NCBI GenBank assembly: GCA_016211185.1
Contig: JACQST010000016.1
Span: 1-39,249, forward strand
Reading direction: 5' to 3'
DNA: 39,249 bases
From: Candidatus Woesearchaeota archaeon
GTDB taxonomy: Archaea > Nanobdellota > Nanobdellia > Woesearchaeales > UBA10216
A model generated the notes under the pieces. The model made no database searches. It was not told where the DNA came from and saw only the letters and a list, made by a program, of their open reading frames with translations. This document shows positions 18,596-27,080 of the stretch, piece after piece. The translations under genes and the position numbers were made by a program. Position 1 is the stretch's first letter; the number at the start of each line of letters is the position of its first letter.

Positions 18596-18660
18596 GCGCG
18601 ATGATTTAGTGAACACCCACTGACGCAAGGATGAAGAACGGAAGTAACTTATGAGCGCGC
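18596..18660 (+). ncRNA. Candidate box C/D sRNA (2'-O-methylation guide)
   Basis: Order: terminal stem GCGC(18596-99)/GCGC(18655-58), 3-nt bulge GAU, C box AUGAUUU (18601-07), 12-nt spacer, D' CUGA (18620-23), 7-nt loop, C' AUGAAGA (18631-37), 13-nt spacer, D AUGA (18651-54). The C-box G6-to-U change is compensated by the D-box C1-to-A change, so a U-A pair replaces G-C. Confidence 0.45.
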
Positions 18661-18674
18661 ATAAACTCTGAAAA

Positions 18675-20375
18675 TCACTTCTTTCCAGAAACACGCTTCG
18701 CAAGGGCTGCAATCTTAAAAGCCAAAACCGATGCAAGAAGCAATGGTGCGAGAACAACCATGTTGTAAAAAACATTCACGTGAAGCCCCATAATAACAAC
18801 AGGGACAAGGACTGAGGCCAAAAAAAGCAATGCAACAAAGCAAACAGCCCAGATAACCCGGCGATCGTCAGGAAAATGCCTCGAATGAACATCCTTTGAC
18901 ATCTGCATCACACCACCAGCGGCCTTTCTCGAATACCTGAAGATGTTGAAGGCAGGCAAAGCAACAGCCACTACAAGAAGCGCAGCTCCGCTGTAAAGCA
19001 TCAAGCCGTCAGCCCAGAACCCCTTGATAAAACTGCCCGACACATACCACAAGTGAACAGAAAACACTAAAACGACAAAAAGAGCGAAAAGGTTCCCTGC
19101 CAGCAGCTTCACATCAGTCTTGAACCTCTCCACATCCTCACTGTGCGAGGAACCCCACACCACAAAATCCTTCACGTAGGCAGCAAACCCCCGCACTCCA
19201 GATATAAGTCCAAAAGGCACAGCCCCCTTAACCAGAGTGTAAGCCCTGTCAGCGTGATTCACCCCTACAGACATGATGATTGCAGAAGCAACAATAACCG
19301 TAGCAGTGATGCTGACAAGGTCGACCCCGAGGCCTGCATTTGAAGCCTCCCTCGCAATAAGGAGAGAAAACTCCCCAACAGAAACCATAGCCACACCGCT
19401 AAAGACAGCCTGCCTGCCACTAAACCCACCGAACACATAGCTGCCAATCCCAACAGAAAAAAACTTTGAAACAAGATTGACAAAGACCAAAACAGCAACC
19501 ACCCACACAGCCCCTGCTATAAACGAAAGGTCAACAAGAGTTCCTATAGAAAAGAAAAAAAGCGAGGTAAACGCAAGGATAAACGGATGGATAGCGCGCT
19601 CAAAAACCTTTGCCTCAGGAACAGAAGAAACAAGATTGCCTGCCATAAACGCGCCAACAGAAGGGGAAAGCCCAAGCAAAGAGGCAAGGTAACTCATGCC
19701 TCCGCAAAGACCGATAGCAGTGAATGTCGAGGTCTCCTCAGAGCTATACTTGATAACCCAGCTTATTACAGGCCCAATAACCCTTTGCACCACCATGTAA
19801 AAAAGAGCCAACACCAGCACAGAAACAGCGAAACTAAGCAGGAGGTTAAAAGGCTCAAGGTCTGCCCTGCTGTTTATGCTTGAAAATATGGTAAGAGCAA
19901 AAACCCCAATAATGTCCTCTATGATAAGCACAGCCACAAGAAGCGAGTTCTCCGGCCTGGACAAAAGCCCTTTCTGCTCAAGAATCTTCACAAAGATGAC
20001 AGTGCTAGTAATTGACAAAATTATGCCTATGTAAAATGCCACGACTGAATCAAAGCCGAGAAGAACTGCAGCGCAGTAAGACAAAAGGAAAACTATTCCC
20101 ACCTTCACGGTAGCAGTAGCCAGCGCGCTTACGCCCTTCTTAATCAAGTGCGGAAGGCTGAACTCAATACCCACTGCAAACAAAAGCAGCACTGCACCCA
20201 CTTCTATGGAAACCTCAATGATATCCAAGTCCTGAACAATGCCCAGATTGTTCGGGCCGACAACAGAGCCAATAAGCACAAGGCCTATAACTGACGGCTG
20301 CCTGAACCTAACAGCCAGGACACCCCCCAGAATCGAAAACAAAACAATTAACCCTATATCGGACGAAAAAACCAT
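18675..20375 (-). CDS. Cation:proton antiporter (CPA2/Kef-type Na+/H+ exchanger family) with extra C-terminal TM region
   Basis: Polytopic, with more than 12 hydrophobic helices. The N-terminal pattern IGLVLIGSVVGPNNLGI...EVGAVLLLFAVGIEFS is typical of Na_H_Exchanger proteins. No TrkA/KTN domain. Confidence 0.8.
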   Translation of the reverse strand: MVFSSDIGLIVLFSILGGVLAVRFRQPSVIGLVLIGSVVGPNNLGIVQDLDIIEVSIEVGAVLLLFAVGIEFSLPHLIKKGVSALATATVKVGIVFLLSYCAAVLLGFDSVVAFYIGIILSITSTVIFVKILEQKGLLSRPENSLLVAVLIIEDIIGVFALTIFSSINSRADLEPFNLLLSFAVSVLVLALFYMVVQRVIGPVISWVIKYSSEETSTFTAIGLCGGMSYLASLLGLSPSVGAFMAGNLVSSVPEAKVFERAIHPFILAFTSLFFFSIGTLVDLSFIAGAVWVVAVLVFVNLVSKFFSVGIGSYVFGGFSGRQAVFSGVAMVSVGEFSLLIAREASNAGLGVDLVSITATVIVASAIIMSVGVNHADRAYTLVKGAVPFGLISGVRGFAAYVKDFVVWGSSHSEDVERFKTDVKLLAGNLFALFVVLVFSVHLWYVSGSFIKGFWADGLMLYSGAALLVVAVALPAFNIFRYSRKAAGGVMQMSKDVHSRHFPDDRRVIWAVCFVALLFLASVLVPVVIMGLHVNVFYNMVVLAPLLLASVLAFKIAALAKRVSGKK

Positions 20376-20415
20376 TGCTCACCAAGATAAGCGGACAGGG
20401 CATTTAAGTTTTTCG

Positions 20416-21453
20416 TCACCCAAACATCTGCCTGTAACCCTGCTCCTCATCAGACTGGCGAATCTTGTCGATTGCCCTGATAAAGTCCTCAAAAAGCACC
20501 TTAACCCTCTCATCCCTGATTGCAAAATAACCAGCCTCAGTGCACACAGACCTTATGTCCGCTCCAGACAAGCCCTCAGACAAGTCAATCACCTTGGCAA
20601 GGTTCACTGTATCGATGCTCATTCTCCTTGTGTGGATATCAAAAATCTCCTTCCGGGAATCCCTGTCAGGCAGAGGAACAGAGATCTGCCTCTCCAGCCT
20701 ACCGGGTCTAAGTATGGCAGGGTCAATTATATCCTTCCTGTTAGTGCACCCGATAATCTTGACGTTACCAAGGTTCTCAAAGCCGTCTATCTCAGCAAGA
20801 AGCTGCATGAAGGTCCTCTGGACCTCCCTTTCGCCACTTGTCCCGAGCTCAATCCTCCTCGCGGCAATAGAATCAAGCTCATCAATGAAAATGATGCTTG
20901 GCGCACGCTCCCTCGCCAGTTGAAAAACCTCCTTCACCATCTTAGCGCCCTCACCTATGAACTTCTGCACAAGCTCAGAACCCACAATCTCAATAAAGGT
21001 CGAGTTTGTGCTGGCAGCAACAGCCTTCGCAAGAAGCGTCTTCCCAGTCCCGGGAGGTCCCTGAAGAAGTATGCCCTTGGGAGGCTCAATACCGACCTTC
21101 TCAAAAAGCTCAGGCCTCACCAGCGGAAGCTCAATAACCTCCCTCACCTCGTTTATCTGGGCGTCCATCCCACCGATATCACCCCAAGAGACTCTGGGCT
21201 TCTCAACTATAACGAACTTCTCAACATTATGCCTTCTCTGATGCCCAATCCTCCTGATTACAACAAGGTTCTTCTGCTCAACAAGCACATGGTCACCCTG
21301 CTTCAGCTTGTCACAATCAGCAGCCACCTCAACAAGAAACTGGTTGCCATTGGGAATCTTTATTACTGCCTGGGAACCCCTCACCTCCCTAACCTCACAA
21401 ATCATCAGGGGAGGCCTCCTATACCTATCCATCTCTGTCCTGAGCTGCTCCAA
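20416..21453 (-). CDS. pan: Proteasome-activating nucleotidase (PAN, AAA+ ATPase), short N-terminus
   Basis: OB segment, then DIGGMDAQINEVREVIELPL, Walker A GPPGTGKTLLAKAVA, Walker B IIFIDELDSIA and an HbYX-like C-terminus QMFG. The listed start is TTG. See the related finding on the missing coiled coil. Confidence 0.9.
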   Translation of the reverse strand: MEQLRTEMDRYRRPPLMICEVREVRGSQAVIKIPNGNQFLVEVAADCDKLKQGDHVLVEQKNLVVIRRIGHQRRHNVEKFVIVEKPRVSWGDIGGMDAQINEVREVIELPLVRPELFEKVGIEPPKGILLQGPPGTGKTLLAKAVAASTNSTFIEIVGSELVQKFIGEGAKMVKEVFQLARERAPSIIFIDELDSIAARRIELGTSGEREVQRTFMQLLAEIDGFENLGNVKIIGCTNRKDIIDPAILRPGRLERQISVPLPDRDSRKEIFDIHTRRMSIDTVNLAKVIDLSEGLSGADIRSVCTEAGYFAIRDERVKVLFEDFIRAIDKIRQSDEEQGYRQMFG

Positions 21454-21555
21454 GGTTTCCTTAAGTATGTTGCCCTCGAGCTCAAGCCTGCTGATATCGG
21501 CAGTGTAGCCGTAAATAATATTGCTCAGCTTCTCATCATTGCTTTTGATGGCACA

Positions 21556-22878
21556 TCACTCCACAGACTTCGTAACCCTGACCCCTTTAACCAGAACCTG
21601 AGGAACAGAGATAGGGCGCTCAAGCTCCCACCCCATGACCTGCCTAAGGTCGCTGCTAACAGAGGAAACATTCGAAAGCATCCTCAGCAGATTATCGCTT
21701 ATCCTAATCCCCCTGACTGCCTTTTTAATCTTTCCGTTTTCAACAAGAAACACACCATCCCTCGGAATCGTGGAGAAATCCCCAGTAGAGTAGTTACTGA
21801 AGCGAGTATACCAGACATTCGTAACAACCAACCCCTTCTTAATACCTCTTATGATAGAATCCTTCCCAGACTTTCCAGGCTGCACAACGACATTTGAAGG
21901 GCGAGGAGAAACAATCCCTGCGCTCGCAGTGGAGCTTACACCATACCTCGCCGCAGTAGAGGCATTATGAAGATAACTCTTCAAAACACCCCTGCTTATA
22001 ATATTAGCCTTCCTTGAAGGGCTGCCCTCATCATCAAACCTCCTCGAACCAACACCCGAATACAAAACAGGCTCATCAGCCATGCTGAGCGAAGAGGAAG
22101 CAACCCTCTTTCCAACCTTGCCGCCGAAAAAAGAAAGCCCAGACTCAACATAAAAAACCGAAGCAGCGCCAGAGACAACATCCATAAGGTTTGCTGCAGG
22201 GAGATGCTCAAAAAAAACATCATAAACACCCTCATCAACAGGCGAAGGGTTCCTCGAAGCAACAGCGACTTCAGCAGCCTCCCTAGCAGCCCTCACGTAA
22301 CCAAGCCCTCTCATTCCCCGAGACGCCGAAACCCCGTGACCAGAGCCCTCGCTATCAGCCATGGCCCTCAGCGAGAAATAAGCGCGGGTATACTTGTCAA
22401 GAGCGTCAACACCACTGCTTGTCAGAAGATGCCTGTCACCAACACAAGTCTCAAAAACACCAGAACACCTTTTCACACCCACCTCAGAAGCAGCTCCAAT
22501 CGCGCCAGCCACAACATCAGCCATGTCAACATCATTCATTCCCTTGTCAAACTCTGCAAAACCGCCATACCTGAACGGACCCTTTGCAATGCCCATATAC
22601 TGATTATTCTCTCCAACAGCCCTCGAAAAAGCAACAAGCTTCTCAACACACCTGTCAGCAGCCGAAACACTTGGCTCTATGCTTGTTGCAAGAGTCCTCC
22701 TCCCTATGGCTGCAAACACACCAATCGAACGTGAAATCCACCTCTGTGTTGTGCTTACTCTGCTGTTTGAAAACTTCACCTGCGCCTGCTCATAAGACTC
22801 GGTGCTAATAGCAAAATCGTCAGCAACCTTGCCCAGCCGCCCTGCCAAGTGCCTGGCCACAGAAAGCGAGTCAGTCAT
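21556..22878 (-). CDS. pmbA: PmbA/TldE-family protein (peptidase U62, TldD partner)
   Basis: TldD/PmbA-family pattern without an HExxxH motif. ATGA overlap with the upstream tldD. Confidence 0.85.
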   Translation of the reverse strand: MTDSLSVARHLAGRLGKVADDFAISTESYEQAQVKFSNSRVSTTQRWISRSIGVFAAIGRRTLATSIEPSVSAADRCVEKLVAFSRAVGENNQYMGIAKGPFRYGGFAEFDKGMNDVDMADVVAGAIGAASEVGVKRCSGVFETCVGDRHLLTSSGVDALDKYTRAYFSLRAMADSEGSGHGVSASRGMRGLGYVRAAREAAEVAVASRNPSPVDEGVYDVFFEHLPAANLMDVVSGAASVFYVESGLSFFGGKVGKRVASSSLSMADEPVLYSGVGSRRFDDEGSPSRKANIISRGVLKSYLHNASTAARYGVSSTASAGIVSPRPSNVVVQPGKSGKDSIIRGIKKGLVVTNVWYTRFSNYSTGDFSTIPRDGVFLVENGKIKKAVRGIRISDNLLRMLSNVSSVSSDLRQVMGWELERPISVPQVLVKGVRVTKSVE

Positions 22879-24293
22879 TTCAGAACAACACCCCTAATCC
22901 TCAATGAAGGCCCGCCGAACCAAACAGGAAGAGCCTGCATCGGCTCGCCCTTTCCGCAAGAGCCAGCATGATACTCAACGTTATCCGCCACAGCATCAAT
23001 CGACCTGTAAAGCGCATGCGTAGTAATCTCAAGAACAGGGCTTTTCACAGGCTGGCCAAGCCTCCCATTTGAGATGACATAGGCATCCGCGCCCACATAC
23101 TTCTGGTTCACCCTGCGGTCATCAATGTTCCACTCTGTAAAATTCCTTATGTAAACGCCCTTCTTCACGCCCTCAAGAAGCTCCTCCTCGCTCAAATCAC
23201 CAGGCTCAATAAATGTGTTTGACATCCTCGGAATAGGCTCACGGTCATAGCCCTTTGCCCTGCTCGCACCATTAACAGGCATCCCCATCACAGCAGAGCT
23301 CTCCCTGCTATGAAGGAAACCGGAAATTACGCCCCTTCGCATAAGATACTTCCTCTGGGCCTTCACACCCTCATCATCAAACAGGTAAAAACCAAAACTA
23401 TTAGGCAAAGATGGGTCATCAACTATGCTGACCGCCTCGCTGCCAAGCGTGTAACCGAGACTGCCACTGCCTATGAAAGACTCACCTGCCTGAGCAGCCT
23501 CCCTGCCCAGAATCCTGTCAGCCTCATAAGGATGCCCCCCACTCTCATGAACAATTATGCCTGTTATCTCAGGCCCCACAACAACATCCAGCTTACCTGA
23601 AGAAACCTTTACTCCCTTCTCCATGTTCTGCCTCAAAGCAACAGCCTCCCCTGACAGAACCTCAGGCAGCTTGAACTCATCCAACGCCTCAAACCCCGCA
23701 GCCTTTCCATGCTGCCAATACCTCTGCATGCTCAGCCCTTTCCTTGAGAGCGTCATATAGTAATAAAAGTTAACACGCGGAACCCTGGAATGAACACTCG
23801 ACCCCTCGCTGTTAACATAAAGCTTCTCATCAACATTATCTGAAAGCGAAAAGAACCGTGCAACCACACCTGCATTGGCAGCCACCACAGAACGCTCAAC
23901 ATCCACAAGCGCCCCAAGCTTATCCTCAGGGCCCACATCAGCCAGCGGCTTCCTCTCCCTGACCTCATACCTTGACCTCACAGCACGGCACTTTGAAAGC
24001 CTGACACCATTCCTGAGCCCGGAACACCTGCCTGCGTCCCGAACAGCAGACTTAACAGCCTCCCTAACACCCTGCCTGCCAAGAACATTTGTGGCAGCAA
24101 ACCCCAAAGTCGATCTGACAAGCACCCTCACGCCGATTCCAGAGACTTCCTCAAATGAAGAAACCTGGGCAACCCCGTTCTTAAGAAGGAAGCTGTTGTA
24201 AACACCACGCTCAAGCCTCGCATCCGCAAACCTCGCACCCAGCTTCATGGAATAATCAACAGCAAACTCGGCAAGGTCACTGTCAAGTTCCAT
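22875..24293 (-). CDS. tldD: TldD metalloprotease (peptidase U62)
   Basis: HExxxH motif in IIVHESGGHPYEAD, C-terminal GSCGKGEPM, 472 aa. Confidence 0.88.
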   Translation of the reverse strand: MELDSDLAEFAVDYSMKLGARFADARLERGVYNSFLLKNGVAQVSSFEEVSGIGVRVLVRSTLGFAATNVLGRQGVREAVKSAVRDAGRCSGLRNGVRLSKCRAVRSRYEVRERKPLADVGPEDKLGALVDVERSVVAANAGVVARFFSLSDNVDEKLYVNSEGSSVHSRVPRVNFYYYMTLSRKGLSMQRYWQHGKAAGFEALDEFKLPEVLSGEAVALRQNMEKGVKVSSGKLDVVVGPEITGIIVHESGGHPYEADRILGREAAQAGESFIGSGSLGYTLGSEAVSIVDDPSLPNSFGFYLFDDEGVKAQRKYLMRRGVISGFLHSRESSAVMGMPVNGASRAKGYDREPIPRMSNTFIEPGDLSEEELLEGVKKGVYIRNFTEWNIDDRRVNQKYVGADAYVISNGRLGQPVKSPVLEITTHALYRSIDAVADNVEYHAGSCGKGEPMQALPVWFGGPSLRIRGVVLK

Positions 24294-24328
24294 GCACCAA
24301 GAAAAAAACAGTTTTTTAAAAATTAATC

Positions 24329-24352
24329 GGAAAAAATACAGGCCTGAAGGCC
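24329..24352 (-). terminator. Hairpin plus T-run downstream of the M24 peptidase gene
   Basis: On the minus strand, GGCC-TTCA-GGCC (24341-24352) is followed by TGTATTTTTT. An AT-rich TATA-like stretch for tldD lies just beyond it. Confidence 0.4.
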
Positions 24353-24360
24353 AATATTTT

Positions 24361-25410
24361 TTATGCTACACGAACTAGATCCTTTACTGTAGAAGTAAGC
24401 ACCTCGCTCCTGAGCTTTCTGACAAGCACATCATCCTCAATCCTAATCCCGCGCTTTCCCTTAAAATACAGCCCCGGCTCAACAGTCAAAACCATGTTCT
24501 CCCTAAGCACACCCCTTGAGCCATGACTAAGCCTGAAGCCAGCATCGTGAACCTCAACACCTATGTGGTGGCCAAGACCATGAATGAACTTTGACTTGTG
24601 CTTCCCAAGCAGATTCCTCACGCCTGCGTCAACATCCCCTGCAACAGCCCCATCTACAGCAAGCCCAATACCCATTTCCTGAGCAGACAGCACCAGACGG
24701 TAAAGCCCCCTATCATTTGATGAAGGAGACCCCACATAAACAGTGCGGGTCATGTCAGAGCAATACCCTTTATGCCTCACTCCGAAGTCAATAACGCAAA
24801 AACCCCTTGCAATCCTGCCGCTGCCAAAATAGTGCGGCATCGAAGCATTATGGCCTGAAGCAACAATAGTCTCGAAAGAAGGCCTACACCCATCCTTCCG
24901 AGCCTCTGCCTCAAGAAAGTCCTTCACCTCCTGCTCTGTCCTGAAATCAAACCCCTCTATGCATCGCTGCATTATCCTGGCCGCAATCCTGCAGGACTCC
25001 CTAAGCAGCTCAACCTCATCAAAAGACTTGACCTGACGCACAGCACTGATAATGTCGTTGGCATCAAGAAGATTGCCCTTGATTGAGCCAAGAAGCTCAA
25101 AATCACGGACACTCATCTCGGCCTTGTTCACAGCCAAACTCCTGAAAGAGCCAAGCTCACTCTCCAAAGAACTGCGCAAACCCTGAAAATCCCTGAAGGC
25201 CACAACATCCTTGATTCTTGAGAAAGACCTAACCCTCTCTTGCTCAAGCCTCGAAACCAAAAACCTCGGCCTACCCATTGAAGGAATAACAAGAAAACAT
25301 CTCTCAAGCTCAACACCAGCGAAATAAAAAACAGAAGGGTCATCATCAGAAAGAACGCAGGCATCAATCCCAGCAGAATCCATGCGTGACTGAAACTCCA
25401 CAAGCCTCAT
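24361..25410 (-). CDS. M24B-family Xaa-Pro peptidase
   Basis: Metal-ligand pattern VIDFG...GYCSDMTRT, HGLGHHIGVEVHD, TVEPGLY and IRIEDDV. ATGA overlap with the tyrS stop. Confidence 0.88.
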   Translation of the reverse strand: MRLVEFQSRMDSAGIDACVLSDDDPSVFYFAGVELERCFLVIPSMGRPRFLVSRLEQERVRSFSRIKDVVAFRDFQGLRSSLESELGSFRSLAVNKAEMSVRDFELLGSIKGNLLDANDIISAVRQVKSFDEVELLRESCRIAARIMQRCIEGFDFRTEQEVKDFLEAEARKDGCRPSFETIVASGHNASMPHYFGSGRIARGFCVIDFGVRHKGYCSDMTRTVYVGSPSSNDRGLYRLVLSAQEMGIGLAVDGAVAGDVDAGVRNLLGKHKSKFIHGLGHHIGVEVHDAGFRLSHGSRGVLRENMVLTVEPGLYFKGKRGIRIEDDVLVRKLRSEVLTSTVKDLVRVA

Positions 25411-26483
25411 CTTGAAACCTCAAAAGACCTCACCTTCTCAAGAAGAGCCCTTGCCCTTGCATTTGACTCAAAGTGCTTCCTCACAGGCTCCAGAAGCTCA
25501 TTCATTGACGAAGAAACAGCCTTCTTCAGGTCAGAAGGATGAACCTCCCCGGAAACATATGCACGCTCAAGCTCAGGATAATCATTGAACGACAAGTCGC
25601 CCCCGAACTTCGAGCTTCGCCTGACTTCAAGCCTGCCTAAACCCTCAAAAACAATATATCTGCAATACTCAGGCACAGGGTTCTCAGCAACGACCTTGCC
25701 CGGGCAGTAGGCCTTCCCTATCTTTCTCTCGACATCCTCCACAGAGTCAGTCATGAATATTGCGCTGTCAGGAACAGACTTTGACATCTTCATGGCAACA
25801 GCCCTCTCAACAGGGTCTGCTATGCTCCTGTCAGGCTGGCCAAGACCCAGCAGCATGTGATGCGAGACAACAACAGGCTTCCAGAAGCCCAGCTTTGGCC
25901 CAAGCTCCCTTGCAAGGACATTGACCTTCCTCTGGTCCATCCCAAGCTGCGCAATATCTGCCTTAAGATGAAATATGTCCGCACACTGCATGCAGGGATA
26001 AAAGATTTGGGCAGCGCTTAACTGGTCGGATTCTGACCTGCCCATTATCTGAGAGCACCTCACAACACGCTGCACAGTCGAGTTTCTTGCTACCCTAATC
26101 ACCTTGCTCCAGTAATCAGGCTCAGAAACCATGTCGCTTGTCCAAACAAACTTTATGTCACCAGTCTTCATGCCAGAAGCCTTCCACACCTCAACCATGT
26201 AATCCCCAACCACCCTTATCCTCTCAAGGTCTCCACCCATCTTGTTGTTCATCCACGCAAACCAGTCTCCAACAAGCATCTTGAAGCTCACGCCGGCCTT
26301 TAACATCTTGTTCACGTTAATAGAGCGGAGGATTCCCTGAGCTATGTGCAGGTTTCCAGATGGCTCAAAGCCGTCGTAAGCTACTATTTTGCTTTTGCTC
26401 TCAAGAAGGCTTCTTAATTCCGGTTCAGTAAGTATTTCCTCGCCTACCTGCCTGATCAACTTAATGCGGCTTTCAACGTCCAT
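25407..26483 (-). CDS. tyrS: Tyrosyl-tRNA synthetase (archaeal/eukaryal type)
   Basis: Collinear with M. jannaschii TyrRS: MDVESRIKLIRQVGEEILTEPELRSLL...AYDGFEPSGNLHIAQG, KMSKS, AYCPGKVVAENPV and KFGGDLSFNDYPELE. The track start at 26618 adds 45 hydrophobic, non-homologous residues. Confidence 0.94.
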   Translation of the reverse strand: MDVESRIKLIRQVGEEILTEPELRSLLESKSKIVAYDGFEPSGNLHIAQGILRSINVNKMLKAGVSFKMLVGDWFAWMNNKMGGDLERIRVVGDYMVEVWKASGMKTGDIKFVWTSDMVSEPDYWSKVIRVARNSTVQRVVRCSQIMGRSESDQLSAAQIFYPCMQCADIFHLKADIAQLGMDQRKVNVLARELGPKLGFWKPVVVSHHMLLGLGQPDRSIADPVERAVAMKMSKSVPDSAIFMTDSVEDVERKIGKAYCPGKVVAENPVPEYCRYIVFEGLGRLEVRRSSKFGGDLSFNDYPELERAYVSGEVHPSDLKKAVSSSMNELLEPVRKHFESNARARALLEKVRSFEVSR

Positions 26484-26571
26484 GCACCGAAACTGACAAG
26501 GGGGTATTTCAATTTTTGCATAATAAACATTAACCGCAAGAATTATATAATATGGCTTACCATAGGCTTCT

Positions 26572-26796
26572 ATGGCAACCACTATACAAATAAGCGACAG
26601 GCTTTTGAAAACGCTCAAAGCCCGAAAAATGCAGGACAGTGAAAGCTATGAAGCCGTAATCTGGGACCTTATTGAAGACAACCTAGAGCTCTCGGAAGAG
26701 ACAAAGAGAAACATCCACCAATCAGAAAGAGACATCGCTGATGGCAAAACTGTTTCTCTTAACGACATCAAGAAAAAAATAGGCCTCTTTTGTTAA
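26572..26796 (+). CDS. RelB-like antitoxin (putative ribbon-helix-helix N-terminus)
   Basis: 74 aa with TIQISDRLLKTLKARK...YEAVIWDLIED, then ...DIADGKTVSLNDIKKKIGL. A TATA (ATTATATAAT) lies about 25 nt upstream. A RelE/ParE-like remnant follows directly. Confidence 0.65.
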   Translation: MATTIQISDRLLKTLKARKMQDSESYEAVIWDLIEDNLELSEETKRNIHQSERDIADGKTVSLNDIKKKIGLFC

Positions 26797-26923
26797 AAGG
26801 CTTGCGGGCAGCCCTTATTTTCGACTACGAACCGGCGATTACAGGGCAATCCTTGACATAAGGCAAGAGAAGCTCCTTATTTTAGTGATTGAACTGGGCC
26901 ACAGGAAAGACATTTACAAGTAG
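26783..26923 (+). pseudogene. RelE/ParE-family toxin remnant (C-terminal half only, no start codon)
   Basis: The +1 frame relative to the antitoxin reads VKRLAGSPYFRLRTGDYRAILDIRQEKLLILVIELGHRKDIYK-stop. This matches the RelE C-terminal signature (R-x-R-x-G-D-Y-R ... H-R-K-D-I-Y). There is no ATG/GTG/TTG before residue 35, and about 45 N-terminal residues are missing. Confidence 0.7.
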
Positions 26924-26941
26924 CACGAGCACATCACTCTG

Positions 26942-26965
26942 CACAAGACACTGGACAGCCACGCA
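26942..26965. repeat. 24-bp perfect direct repeat, left copy
   Basis: CACAAGACACTGGACAGCCACGCA, identical to 27224-27247. Confidence 0.95.
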
Positions 26966-26972
26966 TGTGAGA

Positions 26973-26997
26973 TTTAAATATAACTTGGCTTTATAAA
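26973..26997 (+). promoter_or_regulatory. TATA-like boxes upstream of the tRNA module
   Basis: TTTAAATATA (26973-26982) and CTTTATAAAAAA (26989-27000), immediately after the left repeat. Confidence 0.4.
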
Positions 26998-27006
26998 AAA
27001 GAAAAT

Positions 27007-27050
27007 GCGGCCGTCAAGATTCGGTCGCAGTCAGTTGAAACCCGTGTCGA
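27007..27050 (+). pseudogene. Degenerate 5'-half tRNA copy
   Basis: GCGGCCGTC..ATTCGGT..GTCAGTTGAAACCCGTG parallels the acceptor, D-loop and anticodon loop of the downstream tRNA, with ATTCGGT and GTTGAAACCCG identical. The stems no longer pair and there is no 3' half. Confidence 0.5.
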
Positions 27051-27080
27051 TATCTGTAGGCGCAAATATATAAACTTTAT

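Noticed and set aside
20239-21897. 552-aa plus-strand ORF spanning the antiporter 5' end, PAN and the pmbA 3' end.
   Set aside because: It is antisense to three well-supported genes. Its composition is P/L/R/N/H-rich and low in complexity, with no motifs. It is a shadow ORF caused by the strong purine bias of the coding strands. The same reasoning applies to 7682-8599, 8019-8402, 5427-5819, 6184-6576, 12089-12547, 14729-15178, 22204-22734, 37853-38443 and the many shorter antisense ORFs in the track.
24301-24320. Near-palindrome AAAAAACAGTTTTTT upstream of tldD.
   Set aside because: This is simply an A/T-rich promoter/terminator spacer. The symmetry is imperfect and is explained by the adjacent T-run terminator and TATA-like stretch.
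26484-26618. 45-residue N-terminal extension of TyrRS (also EndA 15099-15218, lipoprotein 35588-35635, aspS 13466-13519, aIF2beta 6571-6585, rnz 15140-15151).
   Set aside because: The extensions are non-homologous to family N-termini. They often begin with GTG or TTG and run over the gene's own TATA box or the neighbouring gene. Internal ATGs fit the homolog alignments.
27042-27060. GATATC-centred near-palindrome (GTGTCGATATCTGTAG) inside the pseudo-tRNA region.
   Set aside because: It is short and imperfect, and nothing beyond chance supports a function.
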